Shown: positions 28,437 to 38,861 of the stretch, one piece after another
Layout of the letters: each line of letters opens with the position of its first letter
How positions within the stretch are numbered: the stretch's first letter is position 1
NCBI GenBank assembly: GCA_965660855.1
Contig: CBFIBM010000002.1
Location: 1 to 64,000, forward strand
Direction of reading: 5' to 3'
DNA: 64,000 bases
Origin: an uncultured bacterium
Lineage (GTDB): Bacteria > Fidelibacterota > Marinisomatia > Marinisomatales > UBA1611
Notes under the pieces: generated by a model
Seen by the model: the letters and a program-made list of their open reading frames with translations, nothing else
Databases searched by the model: none
Told to the model about the DNA's origin: nothing
Program-made: the position numbers and the translations under genes

Positions 28437-29400
28437 GACTGTATTAAATGAATTAACACAAAACGTCGTGAGGCCAATATACCTTTTAAAAGGTAATGAC
28501 TATTTTTTACAAAACTTTTTTGTTGACTATTTAACTAAAACAATATTTAAAAGTGGAGCAGTTGAAAAATTCTTTTTATCAATAGATGAAATGTCTGGAA
28601 AAGAAATTATCGATAGAATAATCAATCAAGATCTTTTTGCTAGTAAAAAAATATTTATATTAAGAAACCCACAACAGTTAAAAGGTAAAGCAAACCTTGA
28701 ACTAATTAAATTATGTTCAAAACCGATTAAGAATCATATACTAGTTTTGATTTCAGATGAATGGTCAAGCTCAATAATCATAAAAAAAATAGAAAAAGTT
28801 ATTACACCAATTGAAACCCAAACTCCATATGAAAATGAGATTATTAAATGGGTGAAGTATTTATTTAAAATTAATCGGAAAGTAATTGATCAAGAATGTA
28901 TTAAACTTTTGATAAAAAATTCTGGAGATACATTATCACATCTTAATAATGAAGTAGAAAAAATTTGTTTATCTGTTGGGGAAAGAGAGTTAATTAATTT
29001 AAATGATGTTAAAATGTTCTCTGGGTGGAAAAGAGAACACCAAAGATGGGAATTTTTAAGGTCACTAGGAAATAAGAATTACGATGAAAGTATGAGGCTC
29101 GGTAAAATGTTAATTAATAATCAAGAAACAATGACATCATTACTTTACCCTTTAACATATATGTTTCAAGAATTACTTTATGAAAAAATAAATACTGGAA
29201 CATTTGTTAATAATCGTAATTATATACCGATACCGCCAACTATTAAAAAAAACATTGGAACTTTTTCAAAAAATTTTACGTATGATGAAATAGAATTTAT
29301 TATTGGATGTCTGAGAAATATTGACATAAAACAAAAAACGAGTTTATCGATTGATGAAACAGACCTTGTACAGCTCATATCAAATGTTACAAAAAAATAA
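28423..29400 (+). CDS. holA: DNA polymerase III delta subunit
   Basis: PIYLLKG.DYF, DLFASKK, L.NEVEKI; typical size. Confidence 0.85.
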   Translation: MIKIKTVLNELTQNVVRPIYLLKGNDYFLQNFFVDYLTKTIFKSGAVEKFFLSIDEMSGKEIIDRIINQDLFASKKIFILRNPQQLKGKANLELIKLCSKPIKNHILVLISDEWSSSIIIKKIEKVITPIETQTPYENEIIKWVKYLFKINRKVIDQECIKLLIKNSGDTLSHLNNEVEKICLSVGERELINLNDVKMFSGWKREHQRWEFLRSLGNKNYDESMRLGKMLINNQETMTSLLYPLTYMFQELLYEKINTGTFVNNRNYIPIPPTIKKNIGTFSKNFTYDEIEFIIGCLRNIDIKQKTSLSIDETDLVQLISNVTKK

Positions 29401-29977
29401 GAAAACTAATTTTTCATATAAAGATGAAGAACTTATCCGCGAATTTCAAAATGGTAATGAGCATGCATATTTAGAATTAGTAGATCGATATAAAGATAAA
29501 TTAATTAATTTCATATTTCATTATGTTGGTGATAGAGATCTTGCAGAGGATATTGTTCAAGATACAATGATTAAATTATATGAAAAAAAACAATATTATA
29601 AAGAAATTGCTAGATTCTCAACGTGGATATACACAATAGCTCGAAATCAAGCTAATACAGAGTTAAGAAAAAGAAAAAGGCAAAAAATCTCTTTTCTTAG
29701 TCAAATGACAAAGAATGGAAAGGACTTTGACCTTGACTCACGATCTCATGATCTTATTCAAGAATTGCAAGATGATTACGTTGGAAAAAGAATTCAATCC
29801 GCTATTAAAGCACTACCCGAACATTCAAGAATGATAATCACTTTAAGAGATATTCAAAATCTTTCCTATGAAGATATAAGCTCAATAGTAGATGTACCTT
29901 TAGGAACAATTAAATCTAGAATTAATAGAGCTCGGATTCAGCTTCAGGCTGAACTTCAAGATCTCAAAAATTTTTGA
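29384..29977 (+). CDS. ECF sigma factor (RpoE/SigW-like)
   Basis: Region 2 AEDIVQDT...FSTWIYTIARN; region 4 LSYEDIS...GTIKSRINRAR. The start is uncertain (29351, 29354 or 29384). Confidence 0.93.
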   Translation: MLQKNKKTNFSYKDEELIREFQNGNEHAYLELVDRYKDKLINFIFHYVGDRDLAEDIVQDTMIKLYEKKQYYKEIARFSTWIYTIARNQANTELRKRKRQKISFLSQMTKNGKDFDLDSRSHDLIQELQDDYVGKRIQSAIKALPEHSRMIITLRDIQNLSYEDISSIVDVPLGTIKSRINRARIQLQAELQDLKNF

Positions 29978-29993
29978 GGAGTTATACATATAC

Positions 29994-30512
29994 ATGAATA
30001 GATACCAATTTGAAGATTTAATTTCAGATTATATCGAAAATAAAATTAAATCTAATGATAAAAATAATTTTGAAAATTACATAAATGATAACAAAGATGC
30101 CCGAGATCTTGTTGATTCCATAAAGTCTAATATGGAGGCTTTTAAAAACATCCCTAAAATCAAAGTGAATGAAAATTTTAAAGAAAAACTATTATTTAAA
30201 GTTAAAAACAAAAAAAATAAGATTGTAAAGGATAGGTCTTCTAAAGCGTTAATGTTTGGATTTACTCGCTCTCAATTATTGTTTTCTTTAATATTGGTTT
30301 TTATTTTTTCATTTACATCTTATGAGTTATTAAGTGAGCTTTTTTATCAAAACAGTAATAATAATATCATGATAACTAACAATCTTGATATTGACCATAC
30401 CAATAAACCCGAGAGTCCTGCAAATATTAATAACTTAGATAGTAATTTTACTAAAAACTCAAATAACAGAAATATTGACTATTCAAAAAATATAAAATTC
30501 GTTAATGATTAG
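29994..30512 (+). CDS. Probable single-pass anti-sigma factor
   Basis: Directly after the ECF gene with a gagga SD; ASD-like N-terminus FEDLISDYIE; one TM; low-complexity extracytoplasmic tail. Confidence 0.65.
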   Translation: MNRYQFEDLISDYIENKIKSNDKNNFENYINDNKDARDLVDSIKSNMEAFKNIPKIKVNENFKEKLLFKVKNKKNKIVKDRSSKALMFGFTRSQLLFSLILVFIFSFTSYELLSELFYQNSNNNIMITNNLDIDHTNKPESPANINNLDSNFTKNSNNRNIDYSKNIKFVND

Positions 30513-30597
30513 ATTGATTTGGAGGAAGGCAAAAAAGTTTTAAAACTGCACCATTTTAGCTAAGTTTGTTAAAGATATAATCTTATTTACGTAACTA

Positions 30598-32322
30598 ATG
30601 GCTAATCTAAATAATTTCACAAAAGTATTATCACTCTTCTGTGTGCTAGTATTTTTTTATATTATTTTTCCCAAAAATTTTATTTTAGCGAATAATATTT
30701 TAACATTTCTGATAATAGTGACATTAATAATTGTTCTTGTAATGTACTCTAAGTTTTTGGAGGCACAAGATAACAAAGAATTAATTAGCGATAAAAGTAA
30801 TGGAAATAAAGATGTAATAATTACTCAAATTTCAGATACTAATCTACTTTACAAAGATCTGAAAATATTGATTTTTGATTTAATTGAATCTTTGAATCCA
30901 AAATTAAAATCTGCTTTTTATATGTTAAACCCATCTAAGCAAATTTTTCAAATTCAAGTTGAGAATTCTAAAGAATTTTCAGAAACAATAAATTTAAATA
31001 ATCAGGTTATAGAAAAGTATTTACTGGATAATAAAAGATTTCACCAAAAAGATTATCCAGAGCTATGGGGTGAATTATTTTCTAATAAAAAATTTAGTGG
31101 CGCTGAGTGTGCATTTTTTACCCCAATATATTTAAAAGGTTCAATAGCTGGTTTCCTTATTAATCGTGTTAATCACTTTAGCGATTTTTCTGACCATGAG
31201 ATTAATATTTTAAATAAGTTTTCTAAAATTATATCCTTCAACTTGCAAAACCTATCTAGACTAGAAATAAGTGTTTTAGGCGAATCAAATAAAATGTTAA
31301 TATTAGATATAATTGATAATTTAGATTTTAAAGCTGAGTCTCAGAATATTTTTAATCAATTCAAATATTTAATTAGAACTTTTTTTAAATATGATAGACT
31401 TACTATTTCTATTAGAAAAGAGAGTGAAAATCGCAGAAAAATTGACAAAGGTCTTAATTCTATTATTAAACTGACTGACGGTTTAGAAGATGAATTCATG
31501 GAAAACTCTGAATTTCCAACAAATGGATCAATCCATGGGCTTCCAATAATAAATGGTGAAATTATTAACACAACAGATTGGACTGACACATTTTCTAATA
31601 TGTCACGGTTTAAATCTTCTGAAAAACCTATGCAAAAATATAATTCTGTGATAGGAGCCCCAATAATAATTGATGGTGAAAGCAGGGGATCAATATTATT
31701 AGAGAGGTTACAAAAAAAACCTTTTTTACTTAATGATGAAAAAGATTTAGAACTTGTTGGTAAGATTTTAGGATCTGCACTATTTTGGAAATCTGAATAT
31801 GAAAAAATTCATATTAATGCTACTCATGATGGTTTATCTGGGTTATTAAATCATCAAACTTTTAAAGAGAGGTTTAGTGTAGAAATACTCAGGGCAGCTC
31901 GATTTCAACAAAAAATGGCTGTTATGATTTTTGATCTTGATAAATTTAAAAAAGTAAATGATACTCTCGGTCATCAATATGGAGATTATGTGATTCAAAC
32001 AGTTGCAAAAATTATGCAAGATAATGTTCGTGCAGTGGATGTTGTAGCGAGGTATGGTGGTGAAGAATTTGCGATCATATTAATTAATTCAGACGCAGAT
32101 ATGTCAAATATTGTTGCTCAAAGGATTGTTGATAATATTGCAGATTTTAATTTTAATATGGATGGTATTGAGACCAGTATTACTATTTCCGGTGGTATGT
32201 CAGAATATCCAACTCATTCAGATAATACTAAAGATTTAATAGAATTAGCAGACCAAGCAATGTATGCAACAAAACAAAATGGTGGGAATGGAATAATGAC
32301 TCATAAGGTTAAAAATGTTTAA
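30598..32322 (+). CDS. Membrane-anchored GAF-GAF diguanylate cyclase
   Basis: Two N-terminal TMs, GAF-like regions, DGLSGLLN, DLDKFKKVNDTLGH, RAVD I-site five residues before GGEEF. Confidence 0.93.
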   Translation: MANLNNFTKVLSLFCVLVFFYIIFPKNFILANNILTFLIIVTLIIVLVMYSKFLEAQDNKELISDKSNGNKDVIITQISDTNLLYKDLKILIFDLIESLNPKLKSAFYMLNPSKQIFQIQVENSKEFSETINLNNQVIEKYLLDNKRFHQKDYPELWGELFSNKKFSGAECAFFTPIYLKGSIAGFLINRVNHFSDFSDHEINILNKFSKIISFNLQNLSRLEISVLGESNKMLILDIIDNLDFKAESQNIFNQFKYLIRTFFKYDRLTISIRKESENRRKIDKGLNSIIKLTDGLEDEFMENSEFPTNGSIHGLPIINGEIINTTDWTDTFSNMSRFKSSEKPMQKYNSVIGAPIIIDGESRGSILLERLQKKPFLLNDEKDLELVGKILGSALFWKSEYEKIHINATHDGLSGLLNHQTFKERFSVEILRAARFQQKMAVMIFDLDKFKKVNDTLGHQYGDYVIQTVAKIMQDNVRAVDVVARYGGEEFAIILINSDADMSNIVAQRIVDNIADFNFNMDGIETSITISGGMSEYPTHSDNTKDLIELADQAMYATKQNGGNGIMTHKVKNV

Positions 32323-33829
32323 AGTATTGAATAATAGATACCAAAAGTTAGATTTTATATTCAGGTATATTTTTTTATTATACTTTATAACATTTTTAGA
32401 AGCTAGTGAGGAGAAGGCACTTCATCACTTTATGCAAGGTGAATTTCTGATGAATCAAGGAAACTACGCTCTTGCGGTAATTGAATTTCAGGATGCAATT
32501 ACTTATGATCCCAATGTATCGACAATACATATATCGATTGCAGATGCATATCAAAGATTAGGTAAGATGAAGAGGGTTGAGGATCATTTGAAAATTGCAA
32601 TGGATTTAGATCCTACAGATAAAGAAGCAAAAGAAATGCTAGGCCAATTTTATATTTCAGAACGTAAGTATAAAGATGCTGAGAAGACCTTTTTGGATTT
32701 AAATAAAATTGATTCAGGAAATTTGGATTATATTTTTACACTAGCAGATCTTTTTAGAGTGCAAGAGAAATGGGAATCAGCTATTGATCAATATATCAAA
32801 GGTTATAATGTGAATAACCAAGCAATAAACGGATTAGAGCAAGCATTGCAAATTGCCCTTACTACAAATAACTTTGAAAAGGGAGAAGAAATCTGTTTAC
32901 TTCTAGTTGATGAAAACCCAGAAGAAATTAAATTATTAGAAACACTTCGCGACATATCTCTTTTTACGAAAAACTATGAAAGAGCATATAATACTATCAA
33001 AAAAATTGAGAAAATTAGTGGCTCATCAATCGAAATTTTATTTCAAAAAAGTGCCCTTCAAGAGGAATTAGATAATTTAACCTTGGCTATGGACTATATG
33101 TACGAAGCTTATAATAAAGATAGTTTAAACCTTGATGTCTTAAATAGAATGGTGACCTTATTAATTAATCAAGATAAAAATGATAAAGCAATTTTCTATA
33201 ATAGAAAAATAATAAAAAATTTCCCAGATAACTCCAAAGGATTTATTAATACCGCTCTTATGGCACTGAGCAGAGAGCGTCCTGAAGATGCAATTGAAGT
33301 TTTAAGCTCAAATTCAGAAAACTTTTTAAATGATTTTACATTTCAATATTTACTTGGTACCGCTTATTATCAGATGAAAAACTATTTAGAAGCTATAACG
33401 TATTTGAAATTAGCTTTAGATATCTTTCCTGATTCAAGAAATACAAAACATAATTTAGCATTAATTTATGACGCTCTTGATGAATGGGAAAAATCTGATA
33501 AATTATATATGGAACTAATAACTAGTGATAGTTTAGATGCTCAAGCGTATAATAATTACGCCTACAGTTTAGTAGAGAGAGAAGAGGATTTAGATTTTGC
33601 TCTGGATTTAGCATTAAATGCTATTAAAATTTCACCTGAATCAGCTGCATATCTTGATACAGTAGGTTGGATATATTATAAATTAAAGCTATATAAAAAG
33701 GCTAAAGAATATGTCGAGGAATCTCTTAAAATTGATTCAACCAACGTTACAATTCAAAAACACTATGATGAAATTCTCAATGTCAGAACAAAGATTGATA
33801 ATATAAAAGTTCAGCAGGCAGAAAATTAG
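32315..33829 (+). CDS. Exported TPR-repeat protein
   Basis: Multiple TPRs; AYNNYAYSL...AYLDTVGWIYY motif. Confidence 0.88.
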   Translation: MFKVLNNRYQKLDFIFRYIFLLYFITFLEASEEKALHHFMQGEFLMNQGNYALAVIEFQDAITYDPNVSTIHISIADAYQRLGKMKRVEDHLKIAMDLDPTDKEAKEMLGQFYISERKYKDAEKTFLDLNKIDSGNLDYIFTLADLFRVQEKWESAIDQYIKGYNVNNQAINGLEQALQIALTTNNFEKGEEICLLLVDENPEEIKLLETLRDISLFTKNYERAYNTIKKIEKISGSSIEILFQKSALQEELDNLTLAMDYMYEAYNKDSLNLDVLNRMVTLLINQDKNDKAIFYNRKIIKNFPDNSKGFINTALMALSRERPEDAIEVLSSNSENFLNDFTFQYLLGTAYYQMKNYLEAITYLKLALDIFPDSRNTKHNLALIYDALDEWEKSDKLYMELITSDSLDAQAYNNYAYSLVEREEDLDFALDLALNAIKISPESAAYLDTVGWIYYKLKLYKKAKEYVEESLKIDSTNVTIQKHYDEILNVRTKIDNIKVQQAEN

Positions 33830-33834
33830 ATTCT

Positions 33835-34428
33835 ATGCTGCCATTTATATATTTAATTCTTTTCATTTTAATCGGTGGGTGTAGCAGCACTCGAAATACT
33901 AATATAGACTCGGATTTATTCACAGCATTAAAATTAAATATCGATGAAAATTATTCTTGTTCAGGGAAGGGAAAGATCATCTCCACTGACTACAATACTC
34001 TTTCTTTTAAATATACATCAAAAAAAGATAGTTCTTTTATTCAGTTTTTAGATCCATTAGGGAGAAAAGCTCTTTTAATGTGGGTAACACCGAACTTTAT
34101 AATTGTAAGAAACCTTATCGAAAATAAACAGTATGATGATTTAGAGTTGAAAAAATTCATTCCAATGATGAATTTAATTAAACCTAATGATTTAATTAAA
34201 TTTATATGGGGAGAGAGGCCTAAATATGATAAACGTAATAAATTGATACCATTAGAGATTCGTAAAAATAGTAAGCTGAGTTTTGAAAAAGGAGTTAAGT
34301 CAAAATATGACATAGCTAGCTATGAAAATAAAGTTTTGGATCAAATAGTTAAAATTCAAATAAAAACAAGAAACTTCAGCACCGAAAAAATAAACTTAAA
34401 TAAATATTGGAAACTCTTAAAATATTGA
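33835..34428 (+). CDS. Lipoprotein of unknown function (LolB/DUF4292-like by position and pattern)
   Basis: Lipobox IGGC; DPLG motif; follows the TPR gene. Confidence 0.6.
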   Translation: MLPFIYLILFILIGGCSSTRNTNIDSDLFTALKLNIDENYSCSGKGKIISTDYNTLSFKYTSKKDSSFIQFLDPLGRKALLMWVTPNFIIVRNLIENKQYDDLELKKFIPMMNLIKPNDLIKFIWGERPKYDKRNKLIPLEIRKNSKLSFEKGVKSKYDIASYENKVLDQIVKIQIKTRNFSTEKINLNKYWKLLKY

Positions 34429-34429
34429 C

Positions 34430-35371
34430 ATGTTAGTTACTGTAATAATACCAGTTTTTAATGAAAAAGAGTCATTACAAGATCTTTTTAAAGAATTGAA
34501 GATTAATTTGAGTTCATATGAGAAATGGGAAGTAATTTTTATTGATGATGGTTCTTCAGATGGTTCAACGGAGCTTTTAATCAGCGAGTCAGAAGTAAAT
34601 AAAAATTTTAAAATAATTCAATTTTATAGAAATTTTGGAAAATCAGCAGCATTGAATGAGGGTTTTAAAATGGCTTCGGGGGATTACATCATAACAATGG
34701 ATGCTGATTTACAAGATGATCCCAAAGAAATAAGTAATTTTATAAAAAAAATTGATGAAGGATGGGATTTAGTTTCAGGATGGAAAAAGAAAAGATTAGA
34801 TCCTTTGAATAAAAGATTACCATCTAAAATATTTAATTTTGTAACAAGCTTTGTGAGTGGTGTAAAAATACATGACTTTAATTGTGGTATAAAGGGTTAT
34901 AAAAAATCAGTTGTAAAATCATTAGAAATTTATGGAGGTAGGCATAGATATATTCCTGCAATTGCTGGACAAAAAAAATTTAAAATAACAGAAATTGTAG
35001 TAAATCATCGTGCAAGAAAATTTGGAGAAACCAAGTACGGTGGTTCAAGAATTTTCCATGGTTTTTTTGATTTAATTACTATTCTATTTTTAAATAAATA
35101 TACCCAACAGCCACTACATTTATTTGGTTCATTAGGTGTATTTTTTTCATTATCTGGAACTATCACTGAGTTTTTTGTTTTATACTATAAATATAACCTT
35201 GGAGAGCCTTTCTCAAAACACATAGCATTATTAATGTTTGGAGTGATGCTTATTGTAATTGGTATTCAGTTTTTTTCGATAGGACTATTAGGAGAGTTAT
35301 TAACTAAGTCTACACAAAATCAAGAAAAACGTGTGAGAGATTTTTATAATATCCAAACCAAAGAATTATAA
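34430..35371 (+). CDS. GT2 polyprenol-phosphate glycosyltransferase (ArnC/GtrB-like)
   Basis: VIIPVFNE, DDGSSD, RNFGKSAAL, MDADLQDDP, two C-terminal TMs. Confidence 0.93.
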   Translation: MLVTVIIPVFNEKESLQDLFKELKINLSSYEKWEVIFIDDGSSDGSTELLISESEVNKNFKIIQFYRNFGKSAALNEGFKMASGDYIITMDADLQDDPKEISNFIKKIDEGWDLVSGWKKKRLDPLNKRLPSKIFNFVTSFVSGVKIHDFNCGIKGYKKSVVKSLEIYGGRHRYIPAIAGQKKFKITEIVVNHRARKFGETKYGGSRIFHGFFDLITILFLNKYTQQPLHLFGSLGVFFSLSGTITEFFVLYYKYNLGEPFSKHIALLMFGVMLIVIGIQFFSIGLLGELLTKSTQNQEKRVRDFYNIQTKEL

Positions 35372-35406
35372 TTTCATAATTTTAATATATTTTATAATTC
35401 TATAGC

Positions 35407-36201
35407 TTGGTGACGATAATTAGGAAAAAAATCAAATCTTTTTTTAGAAGAAAAACCGATTTTAAAGTATCTTTTATCATATGTGGTACCCAGAAAGGTG
35501 GGACTACTGCCTTAGATTATTATCTAAGAAAACATGCTGAAATATGCATGGCAAATAAAAAAGAAGTTCATTTTTTTGATGATGATAGCCTTTTTCAGAA
35601 TAATAAAAATAATTATCTTGGGTATCATAAAAATTTTGATCCAAAATCAAAACATAAGGTTATTGGAGAAGCCACTCCAATATATATGTACTGGAATGAT
35701 TCAATCAAAAGAATATATAATTATAACCCTGAAATAAAACTTATTATGATTTTGAGAAATCCTATTACCAGAGCTTTTTCACATTGGAATATGGAATTTG
35801 ATAGACTAAAAGAACAAAATGATTTTTTTGAAGCTATTCAGAAGGAGTACTCTAGTATACAAAAAAAAATGCATATCCAAAATAGGGTTTCTTCATATTT
35901 AGAAAGAGGCTTGTATTCGCAACAAATAAAAAAGATTTTAGAATACTTTAGTAGAGATCAATTATTGATTATTCGTAGTAAGTCACTAAAAAATAACCCT
36001 CAAGAAACACTTAATAATATTGCAAAATTTTTACAAATATCATCATTTAGAGATATAAAGCAAAAAAAAGTTCATTCAAGAAGGTATTATCGAAAAATGA
36101 CTAAAGAGGAATATTCATTTTTAAAAAACTATTATAAAAAGGAATTATATAATTTAGAAAATTTATTAGATTGGGATTTGCGGGAGTGGAAAAATAATTA
36201 A
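35407..36201 (+). CDS. PAPS-dependent sulfotransferase (heparan-sulfate sulfotransferase-like subtype)
   Basis: 5'-PSB GTQKGGTTAL, KEVHFFD, GEATPIY, 3'-PB LRNPITRAFS, GLY. Confidence 0.92.
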   Translation: MVTIIRKKIKSFFRRKTDFKVSFIICGTQKGGTTALDYYLRKHAEICMANKKEVHFFDDDSLFQNNKNNYLGYHKNFDPKSKHKVIGEATPIYMYWNDSIKRIYNYNPEIKLIMILRNPITRAFSHWNMEFDRLKEQNDFFEAIQKEYSSIQKKMHIQNRVSSYLERGLYSQQIKKILEYFSRDQLLIIRSKSLKNNPQETLNNIAKFLQISSFRDIKQKKVHSRRYYRKMTKEEYSFLKNYYKKELYNLENLLDWDLREWKNN

Positions 36202-37231
36202 TTATAAACCAAATATTAAAATAAGTATAATCACACCTTCTTATAATCGAGAAGATGAGTTACCCTATTTAATTGATTCCATTGAAAAACAAAGTATAAA
36301 TTTAAATCACCTTGAATTAATTATTTCTGATGATGGATCTACAGATAAAACATCAAAAATTATAAGAGAATGGAGTGAAAAAACTTCATTTGAAATCAAA
36401 TACATAAAACAAAAAAATAAAGGTCCTGGAGCTGCAAGGAATCATGGATTGAAATATAGTAATGGTGACCTTATCTTATTTATCGATTCTGATTGTGAGG
36501 CTCATCATGATTGGCTAAAAAATATTTTGAAAATTTACAGTAAAGAAAGCTTTGACGCATTTGGTGGCCCTGACGGATCAAAAAATGATTTTACATTATT
36601 ACAGAAAGCGATTGATTTCTCGATGACTTCAATAATTACTACCGGAGGAATAAGAGGACATGGTGATAAAAGATTTACGAAATTTTATCCAAGAACCCAT
36701 AATATGGGTATCACCAGATCAACATATCGATTAATTGGTGAGTTTGGTAATCTCCGTCATGGACAAGATATTGAATATAGTAATCGAATAAGAAAATCCG
36801 GGTTGAAAATTGCATTCATAAATGATGCTTTGGTTTATCATCGTAGGAGAACTAGTTTTAAACAATTTTTTAAGCAGGTCTTTAATTGGGGTTTGGCGAG
36901 GATAAATTTAGCTAAGCTAGATTCTGATATGTTGGAGTTAATACATTTTTTACCTACTTTTTCAATATTTTCTTCTTTTTTATTAATTCTAATTTTTTTG
37001 AGAATTGGTTTTTCAATTAGTGTAATATTTTTAACATTTTTCATACCTTTATTTTTGTTATCATGTTTTGGATCTTTAAAAAATAAAGACTTAAAAATAA
37101 TACCATTTCTATTAATTGTTATTCCGATACAGGTTATTGGATATGGAACTGGATTTGCTTTAGGTTTTTTTCGAAGATTTATATTTAATAGAAATGAATT
37201 AGTAGGCTTTAAAAAGAGTTATTACAAATGA
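36194..37231 (+). CDS. GT2 glycosyltransferase (extended about 85 codons relative to the ORF track; ATA/ATT start)
   Basis: The upstream in-frame segment encodes KISIITPSYNR...ISDDGSTD...NKGPGAARNHG; DSD motif; no ATG/GTG/TTG lies between the in-frame TAG (36167-36169) and 36449; GGGAG is 7 nt before ATA 36194. Confidence 0.85.
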   Translation: MINYKPNIKISIITPSYNREDELPYLIDSIEKQSINLNHLELIISDDGSTDKTSKIIREWSEKTSFEIKYIKQKNKGPGAARNHGLKYSNGDLILFIDSDCEAHHDWLKNILKIYSKESFDAFGGPDGSKNDFTLLQKAIDFSMTSIITTGGIRGHGDKRFTKFYPRTHNMGITRSTYRLIGEFGNLRHGQDIEYSNRIRKSGLKIAFINDALVYHRRRTSFKQFFKQVFNWGLARINLAKLDSDMLELIHFLPTFSIFSSFLLILIFLRIGFSISVIFLTFFIPLFLLSCFGSLKNKDLKIIPFLLIVIPIQVIGYGTGFALGFFRRFIFNRNELVGFKKSYYK

Positions 37232-37962
37232 TAACTATCATTCTAGGAATGCATCGAAGTGGTACTTCTACACTTGCAGGAGTATTACATCTAAATAAAA
37301 TTTCAATGGGTACTTATAAAAATTTTTGGCCAAGGCCTCTAGATCAAAATCCTAAAGGTTTTTATGAGAATTATGAATTTAGAAAAATTAATGATCTACT
37401 TCTTCAAGAAGTTGGATATTATGTCAAATCTTACAAGACTATTATCCCAATTTTAAAACCCTCTAAAAAAAGACTTGTTGAAATGGAGAAGCTTGTTTTA
37501 AAGTCAAATCAAGATTTTGGAAATTGGGGTTGGAAGGACCCAAGGACTTGCCTGACAATTAATGTCTGGATGGATATTATAAAAAAGATCAAACTTGAAA
37601 AAGAAGTAAAAATTATTTTTGTCTCAAGAAATGCACTTTCAGTTTCAAGATCTTTGAAAAAAAGGAATGATCTTCCAATAGAAATAGGTTTAGAAATATG
37701 GAAAACTTATACTGAAAAAGCATTAAGATTCTGTCAAAATTCAAATACAAATATATTTTATTGTTCATTTGAACAATTGCTTGAAAGACCTAACTCCACG
37801 TGCGAAAAATTATTTAATTTTTTAGATACAGACTGGGATTCTAAAGTTATTCAAAAATTTATAGATAAAGATATCAGTACAAGTGGAAAGGGAAAAGAAG
37901 TAGAAATTCCAGAAGAAATTAAAACATTACAAAAGAGAATTAATAATCTGTTATCAATATGA
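37228..37962 (+). CDS. Sulfotransferase-family protein
   Basis: LGMHRSGTS, NPKGFYEN, WGWKDPRT, RNALSVSRSL, SFEQLL. Confidence 0.85.
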   Translation: MITIILGMHRSGTSTLAGVLHLNKISMGTYKNFWPRPLDQNPKGFYENYEFRKINDLLLQEVGYYVKSYKTIIPILKPSKKRLVEMEKLVLKSNQDFGNWGWKDPRTCLTINVWMDIIKKIKLEKEVKIIFVSRNALSVSRSLKKRNDLPIEIGLEIWKTYTEKALRFCQNSNTNIFYCSFEQLLERPNSTCEKLFNFLDTDWDSKVIQKFIDKDISTSGKGKEVEIPEEIKTLQKRINNLLSI

Positions 37963-38861
37963 ATAGCATTACAATACTTGTAGTTAGTTTTTTTTCTGCT
38001 AGACATATTAATCGTTTATTTAAAAATTTGTACGAAAAAGCAGAACAACCTAGTAATCTTCATTTTTTAATAGTAGACAATACAAATGGAAAAGATAACG
38101 ATTTACCAGGCTTAATTAACATTTATGATAATGTTAGTTTAATTTTTAGTTCCGGCGAAGATAGACAAAGGTCAATTTCTCATTCAATCGCTCTTGATAA
38201 AGGATTAAAAAATTCCAAGGGTATATTTACATTAATTATTGATCCTGATGTTTTCATTTTTAAAGAACATTGGGACACATTTTTCATTAATAAATTAAAA
38301 GTTAATAAAAAAAGTGTTTTAGGAGCACCATATCCTCAGTGGAAGGTTGGCAAAGTACATGATTTTCCAAGTGTTGTACTTTTATTTTTCAGGACATTAG
38401 ATATTCAAAAATATAATGCCTCATTTTATCCCTTTCCTAGAAATATGGTAAAATTAAAAAATAGTATAATTAGAAAATTAATCAGGTTTGGAATAATTGG
38501 GAATAAAGCTGTTTTAAATAAATATCTATTCCTTAGAAGAATAACAGTAAAATTAGAAAAATTAACTGGTATATCAAGCCCTGATACTGGAAATAAAATT
38601 ATAGAAATATTAAGAAAAAATAATTTTACTCCTATTTGTTTTGAGGCAAAATATTCAAATGATATAAAAAGTGGGGAAAATATAATTTGTTTAGCTCGTG
38701 AGTACGAAGTATTTTTTTTAAACAATGAATTAATAATGACACATATGTATGGCTCTGGAGTATTTTATTGGAAAACTAGAAAAGGTTCAGATATTAATCA
38801 TTGGACAAGTTTAATTACTAAAATTGAAAAAAGTAAAGATGAATATGATAAAAAAAAATAA
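37959..38861 (+). CDS. GT2-like glycosyltransferase
   Basis: LIVDN, H..ALD.G, IIDPDVF (DxD), DTG. Confidence 0.75.
   Translation: MNSITILVVSFFSARHINRLFKNLYEKAEQPSNLHFLIVDNTNGKDNDLPGLINIYDNVSLIFSSGEDRQRSISHSIALDKGLKNSKGIFTLIIDPDVFIFKEHWDTFFINKLKVNKKSVLGAPYPQWKVGKVHDFPSVVLLFFRTLDIQKYNASFYPFPRNMVKLKNSIIRKLIRFGIIGNKAVLNKYLFLRRITVKLEKLTGISSPDTGNKIIEILRKNNFTPICFEAKYSNDIKSGENIICLAREYEVFFLNNELIMTHMYGSGVFYWKTRKGSDINHWTSLITKIEKSKDEYDKKK

Noticed and set aside
36449..37231. Truncated GT2 pseudogene
   Set aside because: The frame is open upstream with intact GT2 motifs; a non-canonical start explains it better.
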